Notes under the pieces: model-generated
Told to the model about the DNA's origin: nothing
The model's input: only the letters and a program-made list of their open reading frames with translations
Databases searched by the model: none
Origin: a virus
DNA: 64,000 nt
Direction: 5' to 3' (one strand)
Virus record (IMG/VR): IMGVR_UViG_3300014202_000879
Span: 32,001-96,000 of that record
Shown here: positions 51,099 through 60,035 of the stretch, piece after piece
How the letters are laid out: each line of letters begins with the position of its first letter
Position numbering within the stretch: position 1 is the stretch's first letter
Position numbers and translations under genes: made by a program

Positions 51099-51838
51099 TG
51101 ACCAAGATCCTTTTGTGGTGTGTCTGTATGTTGCTGAGTTTGACTGCGCAAGCACAAAGACTCTCAGTGCATACGTACATACCCAAACAAGGTATTGTGA
51201 TCATTCCCCAGGTGTTACAAGCCACTGACTTGTACATGCCTGAGTTCCAGACACAGGAGTACTTCGGTGCTTTGATGGAACACGAGAGTTGCATAACGCT
51301 GACCCACAAGAGGTGCTTAAATCCCACCTCCAAGCTCTCTACAGCCAGGGAGCTGGGTATAGGGTACGGTCAGATAACGAAAGCCTTTAAAGCTGATGGA
51401 ACGATACGGTTTGATACGCTGGCCAACCTCAGGCGTGCTTATCCCAAGGAGCTGAAAGACCTTACTTGGGAGACCATCGAGTCCAGAGGTGATTTGCAGA
51501 TTGTGGCTATCGTCTTGCTGTTTCGTGATGCATGCAAACGCATGACCATGATCGAGGACGATTTCCACAGGCTGGCTATGTGTGACGCTATGTACAACGG
51601 TGGCCCTGCTGATTTGGCACGGGAGAGGCGGATTTGTGGTTTGACCAAAGGCTGTGATCCTCAGCTCTGGTTCGATCACGTAGAACGCTACTGCCAAAAG
51701 AGCAAGAAGATTTTGTATGGCAACAGGAATGCCTGCGACATCAACCGCCACCACGTCAGAGACGTCTTGTATACCAGGATGCCCAAGTACGAGAAAGCTT
51801 ACGCGCCTTACAAGAAGGATTTAAAGAAACCACAGTAA
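51098..51838 (+). CDS. SLT-family lytic transglycosylase with signal peptide
   Basis: GTG overlapping upstream TAG; signal peptide ending AQA; EHESC, GYGQIT, MYNGG motifs. Confidence 0.8.
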   Translation: MTKILLWCVCMLLSLTAQAQRLSVHTYIPKQGIVIIPQVLQATDLYMPEFQTQEYFGALMEHESCITLTHKRCLNPTSKLSTARELGIGYGQITKAFKADGTIRFDTLANLRRAYPKELKDLTWETIESRGDLQIVAIVLLFRDACKRMTMIEDDFHRLAMCDAMYNGGPADLARERRICGLTKGCDPQLWFDHVERYCQKSKKILYGNRNACDINRHHVRDVLYTRMPKYEKAYAPYKKDLKKPQ

Positions 51839-51902
51839 ATTACCAGCCACACGTACCTGCTATGGGTACGTGTGGCTGGTGTCCCTATGGTTATTTCACT
51901 CA

Positions 51903-51919
51903 CATATACTTGAATTGAC
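51903..51919 (+). promoter_or_regulatory. early promoter variant
   Basis: catatacttgaattgac after a 16-bp inverted repeat (51842-51880). Confidence 0.5.
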
Positions 51920-51963
51920 TGACCATCGAAGTGACGGTTAGCAACCAACCAGGAGAACCCTCA

Positions 51964-53916
51964 ATGAACACCCAACCCGAACAATCCGTCGAAATCAGTG
52001 ACAACGAAATGCAAGCTATCAAGCTTGGTCAGCCTGTCATCCGTCTGAAGACAGACGATCCTCTTATCGCCATCGTGAGCGGCGACAACACTGCGATGCG
52101 TGCTGACGCCATCTACCAGCTGGTTCAGAAATCCTACGCTGAAAAGCAAGACCACACCTGGGTGGGTCAGCGTGGCAATGTGGTTCACAGCGAAGATCTG
52201 ACGATGTTGGAGGTGCTGCGTTGCTGCTCCATCGCTGCCGCCCACATGTTTCAGTTCCAGACCAATGAGGCGATCGAAGGCCACGTTCCGGTGTACACCG
52301 TGGACCATGTCATCGACATGCCTGCCATGACCAACATGGAAGTCAACGCCCACGAGATGGCCATCTTGGTTTGCTACCTCCTGGAATCCTTGCTCAAAGG
52401 CAAGAAAGAAGCCAAGAACTTCGAGCAGGACTTTCAGCTGACGAAGACCAGCGAAGACAAGGCTGCAGAAGCCCAAACCAACCATGGGTTTGTTGTTGGA
52501 AGCACCCGCTCGAATTCCTGCTACATCAGCCCGAATTCACTCTGGGCTGTCTACTTGCCAGACGACGTTGCCTTCAGTATTGGCGAAACTGTCGGTCTCA
52601 GAGACAGTGACCAGACGGTGGTGGTTGAAGAGTTTGCTATCGACCAGGCCAACGACGATGTCATTGTTCAGACATCGGGCGGCGAGTTCTCGATCAGGAA
52701 ACTGCTGAAAATCGGTGTTCCGGACACCGGCGATACAGGTACAACAGAAGAGCCTGAGGAGCCCGAAGATATCATCGGCGCAACAAGCATCATCCTGCGA
52801 GACTGCGGTCACGACATGACCAAGTTTTTTCAGATCGCAAAAAGCGTTTGCGCTTTCAGCCTCCAGCACAAAACCAGACTGTCGGACAGCTCGGACAACA
52901 TCATTGTTGGTGGGTTCAGTTGCCAGAATCACATTTTCGATCTGGCCAGTAACCTTGATGCTGCGGTTGACTTCCTGCTGTATAAACCACAGCAGGAATC
53001 CACTGTTGAAGCGCTGAGTGCGGTTATCCGTACAGGGTATCACTACTACGGCACCCTTTCTACACCAGACGGCGTCTACATCGTCATCTACGAACCAGGT
53101 CTTGCTCTGCTGGTCGACAGCTTTGTCTACGGTGTTGAATCGTCGAACTACACCGCTGAAGATGTTCCGGAGATCGTGTTCAACAAAGAGTTTGATCATG
53201 AGATCTTGAGGAAGATCGTGCTGGAGCCTATGAAACCTGAATTTACATCCATGCAAGTGCCCGAGGATTTGCCTGTTGAAAAAGATGTGGTCGAGGAACC
53301 CGAGTCGACCGCTACCCGACCCATGGTTGATCCGAGGGACGTTGCCAAGGCGATGGAGCTGATTCTGTTGGACTGCGAATACGATGCGGTTAAGTTCCTC
53401 GATGTCGTGAAAGGTGTCTCGCTCATACAGTACGAAGGTATGGTCTTTATCGATCATTCCGCCGCATGTGTTATTCCTGGTGGCTATGCGTGCAATGATT
53501 TCTTTCTCCAGCATGAGACGAATGCCGACGCCATGGTGGATTTTGTGCTCTACAAATTGCAACATGCACTACACCGGATTGGCTTGGAGATGCTTCTAAG
53601 GACATCAGGGGATAGCTACTACGGTATCCTCGATACACCCGATGGTCCGTATGCTGTCATCTATGAGCAAGGCTTTGCGATTCTGAAAGTTATGATCCAG
53701 ATCAGTGGGGTCCAGGGCCCTGATGTCGATCGAACGTTTCAGTTCAACAAAGAGTTTGATCGCAAGTTGGTCAAGAAGCTGGTCATTGAAAGCAAAGGAA
53801 AGCCACAAAGCGTGGGCGACACCAGTCAACCGGTGCCACTTGTGCAGCTGGTAGAAAAAGACGAGCCGACTGGCCCACAGTGTTCCGGATGTCCTGAAAA
53901 CACATCTGGCGCGTAA
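51964..53916 (+). CDS. acidic multidomain protein with a tandem duplicated domain of about 155 aa
   Basis: AGGAG RBS; IILRDCGHD...YYGTLSTPDG...FNKEFD repeated as LILLDCEYD...YYGILDTPDG...FNKEFD. Confidence 0.8.
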   Translation: MNTQPEQSVEISDNEMQAIKLGQPVIRLKTDDPLIAIVSGDNTAMRADAIYQLVQKSYAEKQDHTWVGQRGNVVHSEDLTMLEVLRCCSIAAAHMFQFQTNEAIEGHVPVYTVDHVIDMPAMTNMEVNAHEMAILVCYLLESLLKGKKEAKNFEQDFQLTKTSEDKAAEAQTNHGFVVGSTRSNSCYISPNSLWAVYLPDDVAFSIGETVGLRDSDQTVVVEEFAIDQANDDVIVQTSGGEFSIRKLLKIGVPDTGDTGTTEEPEEPEDIIGATSIILRDCGHDMTKFFQIAKSVCAFSLQHKTRLSDSSDNIIVGGFSCQNHIFDLASNLDAAVDFLLYKPQQESTVEALSAVIRTGYHYYGTLSTPDGVYIVIYEPGLALLVDSFVYGVESSNYTAEDVPEIVFNKEFDHEILRKIVLEPMKPEFTSMQVPEDLPVEKDVVEEPESTATRPMVDPRDVAKAMELILLDCEYDAVKFLDVVKGVSLIQYEGMVFIDHSAACVIPGGYACNDFFLQHETNADAMVDFVLYKLQHALHRIGLEMLLRTSGDSYYGILDTPDGPYAVIYEQGFAILKVMIQISGVQGPDVDRTFQFNKEFDRKLVKKLVIESKGKPQSVGDTSQPVPLVQLVEKDEPTGPQCSGCPENTSGA

Positions 53917-53988
53917 GCCAGTTACAAAGTGAACCAACCACCAGGGTGGTCTATACCACCCTGGTTTACAACCCTTTAGGATACAAAC

Positions 53989-54810
53989 ATGAGCAAGTTT
54001 TTTAAGTCTGAGAGTTTTTATCTGCCATTTGGTTTAGAGGACCTGGTGTCTGATGAAAACACAGTGACTTCGTACAGCAAAGACTCGGAGTCATCCAGCT
54101 CCTGCACCGTTATCGACCAGGTTGCTAGCCAGTTCCACTACAGGTTTGAAGCTGAGTTTTTGCTCTATGAAGGTATCCAAGTGCATGATGCGACCGGGGA
54201 CTATCTCGTCAACATCGTGCTCAGGAACAAAATCCAGACCATGGAACGGCAGCTGGTTGTGGCTTCTAACCGGATGGCCAATCTCAATCCCTTCTACCGG
54301 CATCCGTTGGCTCTGGAGGAAATCTTCTTCGCGCCTCAGGGTTGCGGTTTCCTTCTCAGTGACGGTTTGGTTATTGTCCCCGATCAAGAAGGTAGTGAGA
54401 AATACCCTGTCTACAAGTCGATTCTGTTGGAAGATTCATCCGGTGTCATGGGGTACCATTTCAACTACTCTGATCTGTTCGACAAAGACTCGATGCGGCT
54501 GATGTCACATCCTCCTGTGATGAATGCAGGTCATATGAACCATCCCATGGATTTCTTTGTTCAGTGGGACAAGAAAACAGACACGTACATCTGCCAGATG
54601 CAGACTTTCCATGGCGTCGCAGCTATTGTCGCGTTCTTAACGAAAGCTATCGCGTATGTTGTATCCATCCACAAAGGTGAGACACTCCCTTACATGAATG
54701 AGATCTCTATCTGCCTGAATTACCTCGGTGCAGCTGAAGCAGTCGAGAGACTCAACCGAATCATTCACTCCATCATCATCAAGTCAGATGGTGACTCCAA
54801 AATCCATTAA
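53989..54810 (+). CDS. hypothetical protein
   Basis: AGGA RBS, 273 aa. Confidence 0.75.
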   Translation: MSKFFKSESFYLPFGLEDLVSDENTVTSYSKDSESSSSCTVIDQVASQFHYRFEAEFLLYEGIQVHDATGDYLVNIVLRNKIQTMERQLVVASNRMANLNPFYRHPLALEEIFFAPQGCGFLLSDGLVIVPDQEGSEKYPVYKSILLEDSSGVMGYHFNYSDLFDKDSMRLMSHPPVMNAGHMNHPMDFFVQWDKKTDTYICQMQTFHGVAAIVAFLTKAIAYVVSIHKGETLPYMNEISICLNYLGAAEAVERLNRIIHSIIIKSDGDSKIH

Positions 54811-54824
54811 CCAAAAGGAACCCC

Positions 54825-55937
54825 ATGGCACATAAAATGCAACCCTATTACGACTTGATTCGTAACATCTTGGCCAACGGCCAAGACCATCCCGATCGCA
54901 CAGGCGTGGGCCGTCGCACTGTGGCTGTACCCAACCAGCTGCGCTTTGACATGCGCCCGATTGCAAACAAAGATGGCAGCACCACACACCCTTTGTGTTT
55001 GGACCCTGGGCGACTCTTCCCGTTCAAGTCGGCCATCTTGGAAATTCTCTGGATGCTCACAGGCAGCAACAACGTGGAAGATCTGCGTGACATGGGCGCC
55101 AAGGGCTTCTGGGAGAAATGGGCGTTTCTTCCATCGAACGAGCAACTTGATTGGTTCGTTGAAAACTCACAGCCTGGTGAAGAGCTGATCAACCGCATCG
55201 GCACCATCGGTCCCATGTACGGCCGGGTGTGGCGAGGACTAACAGCCCACTCCCGTACCGACCAATTGGTCACCCTGATCGACGAGATCATGACCAACCC
55301 GTTCAGCTCACGCCTGCGTATGGTCAGCTGGATACCCGATCTGATCCCAACAGCAGATCTGAAACCATGGCAAAATGTGGCCTCCGGAAAAGCTGCGCTG
55401 GCTCCTTGTCATGGCGACGTCATGGTCATCATGCTGCCTCCCGAGCAAGAGTTGGGTAAGAACCGCATGGTGCTTCGAATGGCACAACGGTCTGCTGACG
55501 TGATGGTGGGGCTGCCGCACAACATCGCCCAGTATTCGTTCCTGATCCATTTCCTCGCAGAGATGACAAACAGCGTGGCTCATGAACTGGTGGTGGTCCT
55601 GGATGACGCGCACATCTACCTGAACCACATGGGTGATGCGGCTGCTCAACTGCGTTACTTCAACGACGAATTTGAAGATTCTGTCATGTCATGTGGGCTG
55701 GTGTGTAAAAAGGACACCAACCTGATTCCGATCGGTTTCGATTTACAAGGCCTTCCATTATGGCTTACTTCTGATTTTTCTCTGGACACACAGGCGGTGC
55801 TCGACCGTGTGGCGCTTCCGCACGTCATCAAGAACGTGAGCTCCATGCTCACCAATGAAGATGGGCCATCTGACTACACCATAACCCATTATGACACAGT
55901 CAGGGCTTTGAAATTGACGTACCCTGTGGCTGTCTAA
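54825..55937 (+). CDS. thyA: thymidylate synthase
   Basis: DRTGVG, EILWMLTG, GPMYG..WR, ALAPCH catalytic Cys, QRSAD, GLPHNIAQY, DAHIYLNH, ends VAV. Confidence 0.95.
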   Translation: MAHKMQPYYDLIRNILANGQDHPDRTGVGRRTVAVPNQLRFDMRPIANKDGSTTHPLCLDPGRLFPFKSAILEILWMLTGSNNVEDLRDMGAKGFWEKWAFLPSNEQLDWFVENSQPGEELINRIGTIGPMYGRVWRGLTAHSRTDQLVTLIDEIMTNPFSSRLRMVSWIPDLIPTADLKPWQNVASGKAALAPCHGDVMVIMLPPEQELGKNRMVLRMAQRSADVMVGLPHNIAQYSFLIHFLAEMTNSVAHELVVVLDDAHIYLNHMGDAAAQLRYFNDEFEDSVMSCGLVCKKDTNLIPIGFDLQGLPLWLTSDFSLDTQAVLDRVALPHVIKNVSSMLTNEDGPSDYTITHYDTVRALKLTYPVAV

Positions 55938-56017
55938 ACCGCGTTCTGTAACACCAGGTGCACCATAGCTTATAACTATGGTGCACCTATGTTTCTTTTT
56001 TTATGAGGATTTAGCAA

Positions 56018-56788
56018 ATGACCACTGCAACCAAACAACACAGAGAAGATATGGATCGTTACCTCTCTACAGTTCCTAAGGCTGTCGAGAAAAATTGCGA
56101 GGTGGTGTCGGCTGACGAAATTGGCCGTATACACATGGTGCATATCTCTACAAACACCAACATCAAGGCATTTATCCCCATGATGTCTGGTCGTACCATG
56201 GACAAAGAGGATCGAAGCGTGGCCCGTGTCTGCGTGGCACCAGAGCTTTTGTCGGCCATGATGGGGTATGGAGCAGCGTTTTACGAAAGCACTGTGCCCA
56301 AACTCAAAAAAGACGATGATCCCAAGTGGAAGAACGGTTACCATATCTATGGGCTGCCCTTCGAATACGCATTGCGGCCAGACAAAAAGATACTGCCTGA
56401 TGCCAACATGACCAACGAGCACTGGCTGGTGTCGTACAACAAAGACACCGCCGAGTACAAGCCTGTGGATCTGGGCATTGTGTTCTATGGTGACATCGCA
56501 ATCAAACGGGGTGCTAATTTTACCGTGGATACCGATGTAGAGCTGTTTATCCGCGTCGACCACAAAGATGGTCTGTGGTTCACACCTCACCAGCACCTGG
56601 CCAAAGGTTTCTGGTATTACAGGGGTTACGATGCCGGTAGCATCAGAAACTACAACGGCACCAAAACTGTCAAAGCGGTGCCTATCGAAGAATCCGAGTT
56701 CATGAAAAAGAAACGTGTGGTGGCAGCCACGTTGTCGGATTCAGAGCGCCTTTTTGCTACGCCCAGTATCCTGAGCAACTGGCGCTAA
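56018..56788 (+). CDS. putative virion protein, possible ADP-ribosyltransferase-like fold
   Basis: GAGGA RBS; HIS...F.P, RVCVAP, EHWL motifs. Confidence 0.55.
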   Translation: MTTATKQHREDMDRYLSTVPKAVEKNCEVVSADEIGRIHMVHISTNTNIKAFIPMMSGRTMDKEDRSVARVCVAPELLSAMMGYGAAFYESTVPKLKKDDDPKWKNGYHIYGLPFEYALRPDKKILPDANMTNEHWLVSYNKDTAEYKPVDLGIVFYGDIAIKRGANFTVDTDVELFIRVDHKDGLWFTPHQHLAKGFWYYRGYDAGSIRNYNGTKTVKAVPIEESEFMKKKRVVAATLSDSERLFATPSILSNWR

Positions 56789-56823
56789 GAGTTCCTTTTA
56801 CCATTGCAACCTAGGAGATCATA

Positions 56824-57306
56824 ATGACGAAATTTGTAGCAGGATTTTTGTTCAGCCCAGACTACAGCCAAGTGGTGCTGATACGCAAAAATCACGGTCC
56901 CAACGACATGGCCGGCCATCTAAACGGTATGGGTGGCGAGATAGAGGAAAGAGACAATGGGCGCCCTGAGGTAGCCATGTCACGGGAGTTCCTTGAAGAA
57001 ACCGGTGTCTACATAGACCCTGAGTTGTGGAACTGTTTTCACGAACAGCAGTTTGGTGAACACCACGTGACGTTCTTTAAGGCGTACTCGGGTTTATTCG
57101 ACAAAGTGGCATCGATGACAGACGAGGTTGTCGGTATATACAAAACACGCAGTGTGGTCCTTGAGCCTACTCTGAAATGCTACCACGATGTCCCTGCTTT
57201 GGTAAAGCTTGCGGTTAACTCGCAGCCACTCTACCGTTACCCTGTTCTTACACCGGTTATGGCTTATCTCGATATTGACTTTAAGCTGAAAAACCTAATA
57301 CGTTAG
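56824..57306 (+). CDS. Nudix hydrolase
   Basis: GGEIE...AMSREFLEETG Nudix box; AGGAG RBS. Confidence 0.85.
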   Translation: MTKFVAGFLFSPDYSQVVLIRKNHGPNDMAGHLNGMGGEIEERDNGRPEVAMSREFLEETGVYIDPELWNCFHEQQFGEHHVTFFKAYSGLFDKVASMTDEVVGIYKTRSVVLEPTLKCYHDVPALVKLAVNSQPLYRYPVLTPVMAYLDIDFKLKNLIR

Positions 57307-57352
57307 AATCAAAGCAGATATTCATTAGTCTGTCTCTAACGATAATCGATCA

Positions 57353-57487
57353 TATATACCTTAACTGACACTCTGGCTGATAGTAGTCAGTTAAGTCGAC
57401 CTCAAACCTGCCCTGACGCCTGGTCAACAAAAAGGGATTATTGAGTAGCGTTTAAATTGCCAATCGGTAGTACGTTATTCACAGGAG
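57353..57487 (+). promoter_or_regulatory. early promoter plus structured leader (divergent type)
   Basis: tatataccttaactgacac; 10-bp tgagtagcgt/acgttattca stem just before AGGAG. Confidence 0.6.
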
Positions 57488-57493
57488 ATTAAC

Positions 57494-57820
57494 ATGCGAT
57501 ACGCTCAACAACAATTGACAAGGGAATATATCCAATCGATAAAAGAGGAGGCAGGCCGCATCGAGGACAACTGTATTGATTCCCGAGAAAGGGATGAGTG
57601 CAGCGTCTACGGATGTGGAGGATGCTCCTTTAGAGGAGGAGAGGGGGTATTCTATGCCTACCTTGACAGAGTGGGCAAAGTGCTGACCAAGGCAGAAGGG
57701 CATGAGTCAGCCCTTTATTTTAATAGGGACGGTGTTTTCACTGCCGACCCTTATTACAACGAGGATGTCTACCGTATAACTGCGGACGACAAAGGCAATT
57801 TAAGCTACAGAAAAGTATGA
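57494..57820 (+). CDS. small Cys-cluster early protein
   Basis: AGGAG RBS; C..CSVYGCGGC. Confidence 0.75.
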   Translation: MRYAQQQLTREYIQSIKEEAGRIEDNCIDSRERDECSVYGCGGCSFRGGEGVFYAYLDRVGKVLTKAEGHESALYFNRDGVFTADPYYNEDVYRITADDKGNLSYRKV

Positions 57821-57822
57821 CT

Positions 57823-57863
57823 AAAACCACACTTGCCTTAAACAGCAAGTGTGGTTTTTTTTT
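57823..57863 (+). terminator. Rho-independent terminator
   Basis: aaaaccacacttgc/gcaagtgtggtttt plus T run. Confidence 0.85.
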
Positions 57864-57919
57864 CTAACTTGTGGCAACTGGCTTATCTTCAGTAACCTGC
57901 GCGTAAACAATTTCAATCA

Positions 57920-58017
57920 CATATACTTCAACTGACACTCTAGCTAAAGTAGCTGGTTGTGTCGGTTGCAGATCGCAACAAAGGGTTAGTCTACACCCTG
58001 CACAAAAGGACAAGGAG
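57920..58017 (+). promoter_or_regulatory. early promoter plus structured leader with pseudoknot
   Basis: catatacttcaactgacac...gtgtcgg; gttgc/gcaac; pseudoknot identical to 288-325. Confidence 0.7.
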
Positions 58018-58023
58018 TTAGAT

Positions 58024-58359
58024 ATGAAAGTTTTGAACGCGTTCTCGCTGAACATGCTGGCCACGTTTCCTTGCTCGGTGCTCGTCTCTGAAATCAACGT
58101 CGGGGCAGCGAAGGCTTTTCTTGAGGCCCGTGGTGTGGACTCCTACGTCGGCCACAGCAGCACGGCGTCTGTCTTCACCGAGCAGCTCGGAATTGAGATC
58201 CCATGCATTCGTGGCACCGCCACCATCTATGTTGGCGAAGTGGCGTTGGTTGGGCAGTACAGCGGTCCTCGGTTGGACGAGGGCGCCACCGTCCTGCCAG
58301 AGGGTGCCACCATCAAATGGTTCCTGGTCTCGCCGCGTGGATTGGCGGTCGGTTTTTAA
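58024..58359 (+). CDS. acrIII-1: AcrIII-1-like ring nuclease (DUF1874/YddF/STIV B116 family) anti-CRISPR
   Basis: N-terminal LNAFSLNML, S.VGH.STA catalytic His, LGIEIP..R, RL.EG; 111 aa matches family size. Confidence 0.85.
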   Translation: MKVLNAFSLNMLATFPCSVLVSEINVGAAKAFLEARGVDSYVGHSSTASVFTEQLGIEIPCIRGTATIYVGEVALVGQYSGPRLDEGATVLPEGATIKWFLVSPRGLAVGF

Positions 58360-58812
58360 CCGACGACTTACGTCTACATGGGCAGCAAACCCCGTGTAGA
58401 CAGGGGCGACCCCATGCGTCGCCGTTTTGCAGGTACACGCTAAACCTGTAGTCGGCAATATAGCCGCAAAGCCTCGCCATCTGGTTACGATGGTGCTGGT
58501 TAATTCACCCAAATGGCACACCATCATGAACACCTTTAAGATCGGTATTTCGTTAATAGCGCTGGGGCTGATTCTCAAATCAGCGGTGCTGGTAAGGAAT
58601 CTCCTCGTGGAGGAAGCAGACACCAGCAAAACCCAAGACCAAAATCTCGTGGGCGCCACCTCAGGTGGCGGTGAAAAAAGCGCTGACGTGACAACAATTC
58701 ACTTCGGAAAATAAGGAGGGGTGGCTATCGGGATAGCGACGCAGAACGCGTTTATACCAATAGCTACTTCCATCCGGCCCCGAGATCCACTGCGTAAGTG
58801 TGGTTTTTTTTT
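58360..58812 (+). ncRNA. candidate large structured RNA ending at a terminator
   Basis: about 10 helices read directly from sequence, including a long-range atctcg(t)ggg/ccccgagat pairing; contains only an RBS-less 62-codon ORF. Confidence 0.45.
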
Positions 58813-58846
58813 CGTATAATGAGGGGTTTGTAAGAGTTCTGGACTA

Positions 58847-58941
58847 CATATACCTTAACTGACACTCTGGCTAATAGTGGCTGGTTGTGTCGGTTGCAGA
58901 TCGCAACAGAGGTCGTCTGTACCTTGCATAAAGACATGGAG
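58847..58941 (+). promoter_or_regulatory. early promoter plus structured leader with pseudoknot variant
   Basis: catataccttaactgacac; gttgc/gcaac; aggt/acct with loop gtct pairing to agac; ggag. Confidence 0.7.
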
Positions 58942-58947
58942 ATTTAC

Positions 58948-59037
58948 ATGAAGCTCTTGAAAGACTCTCAAGCCACAACGTGCACACAGTCGCCATTATG
59001 GGTGTTCGTTGGCCCACAAAAAGAGGTGAAACTGTGA
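58948..59037 (+). CDS. 29-aa leader ORF
   Basis: GGAG RBS; MKLLKDSQATTCTQSPLWVFVGPQKEVKL; GTGA overlap with next gene. Confidence 0.5.
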   Translation: MKLLKDSQATTCTQSPLWVFVGPQKEVKL

Positions 59038-59324
59038 CCATCAAGATATTTGCCGACTGCCGAGGGTATTCGCCTCATGACCTATGGGTGGCTATTAAAC
59101 CTCTTGTGCTTAAGAAATCACAAGGGGTCCCTATGCAGGACATAACAATATCTTTTGTAGATGTTCCCAATAGCGCCTATATGGAGGAAGTAGTGACCCA
59201 TGGCAAAGCGCTCGTCAAGGATGAGTGGCTGGGTAAGCATTTTGCCAACGTTGTGCTGGTGTATAAACGCACCGGGAAAGAAACCTATCTGCAACACAAT
59301 CCACAAAAGGAACAGACAAAATGA
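59034..59324 (+). CDS. hypothetical protein, family D
   Basis: GAGG RBS before GTG 59034; DCRGYSPHDLW...DVP.SAYMEEV..HG matches 61217-61516. Confidence 0.7.
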   Translation: MTIKIFADCRGYSPHDLWVAIKPLVLKKSQGVPMQDITISFVDVPNSAYMEEVVTHGKALVKDEWLGKHFANVVLVYKRTGKETYLQHNPQKEQTK

Positions 59325-59908
59325 ACTATACGGACCGACTGATCGCTATCATTGCTTCCATCATCGGAAGCAACATGATCTTAAGCTGGAGTTCCTGGCA
59401 AGCTGCCAAGAACGTCAAGAGGCCGGCTCTGGATTGCCCGAACAGAGAGCAGGAAGAGGACTTCTGGTTTGAGTACATCGAGTTCACAGCTGCACAAGCA
59501 GCTGCACAAGCAAGAGCCAACTTTGTACTGGACAACATCACCACCATCGCTTATGGCTGCACGTCCGAAGATATTGTACGTGCAGCCCTCGAAGTTCGGC
59601 TGAACATCAAGTGTGCTTGGCCAAAAGACCCACACAACGACTTGGTCCCATGGGCACGATGCATGATCAGAAGGATGAATAGTCGCACCAGGTGGGTGTC
59701 CGCATCCAGAAATCCAATGATCGAGCTTGAGCACGTGGGCGACATCGTTTACAACGACGCTCTGGGGCATTGGAATGCCCGCAACCCAAGGAAAAAGTTG
59801 GAGATGCATACGGTCACTGGAAAGCCCGCTATCTTCACCAGTCCTTTGGACGCATTGGATTTCTTGCTGAAGAAACGCAAGTCTTTGCCGATGCCACCAT
59901 TGGGTTAA
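59321..59908 (+). CDS. hypothetical protein, family E
   Basis: AAGGA RBS; IRRMNS and SPLDALDFLLKKRKSLP match the next gene. Confidence 0.75.
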   Translation: MNYTDRLIAIIASIIGSNMILSWSSWQAAKNVKRPALDCPNREQEEDFWFEYIEFTAAQAAAQARANFVLDNITTIAYGCTSEDIVRAALEVRLNIKCAWPKDPHNDLVPWARCMIRRMNSRTRWVSASRNPMIELEHVGDIVYNDALGHWNARNPRKKLEMHTVTGKPAIFTSPLDALDFLLKKRKSLPMPPLG

Positions 59909-60035
59909 CCCTTAGGAGAAGAAACCCATGCCTGTGCATACAAGGTTTCTTCTCCTACACCTTTGATGACAACTAAACCAGCAGTGGTTTAAAATGTCAA
60001 GTGACAGAAATCAAGTAGTTTAACAGGAGCAATAA

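Noticed and set aside
54825-55937. ThyA as a base-modifying dCMP hydroxymethylase
   Set aside because: It retains the dUMP-specifying Asn (PHNIAQY) and canonical ThyA motifs, with no modification cluster nearby.
31585-55995. Possible late-promoter motif C(C/T)ATGG upstream of several structural genes (about 31585, 37591, 42942, 55977)
   Set aside because: Too short to distinguish from chance by eye, although phiKZ late promoters are TATG-like; needs TSS data.
58564-58575. ggggctgattct matches the 5' end of E. coli tmRNA
   Set aside because: Not followed by the GGAUUCGAC motif, and there is no matching acceptor-stem/CCA 3' end; it is part of a local hairpin.
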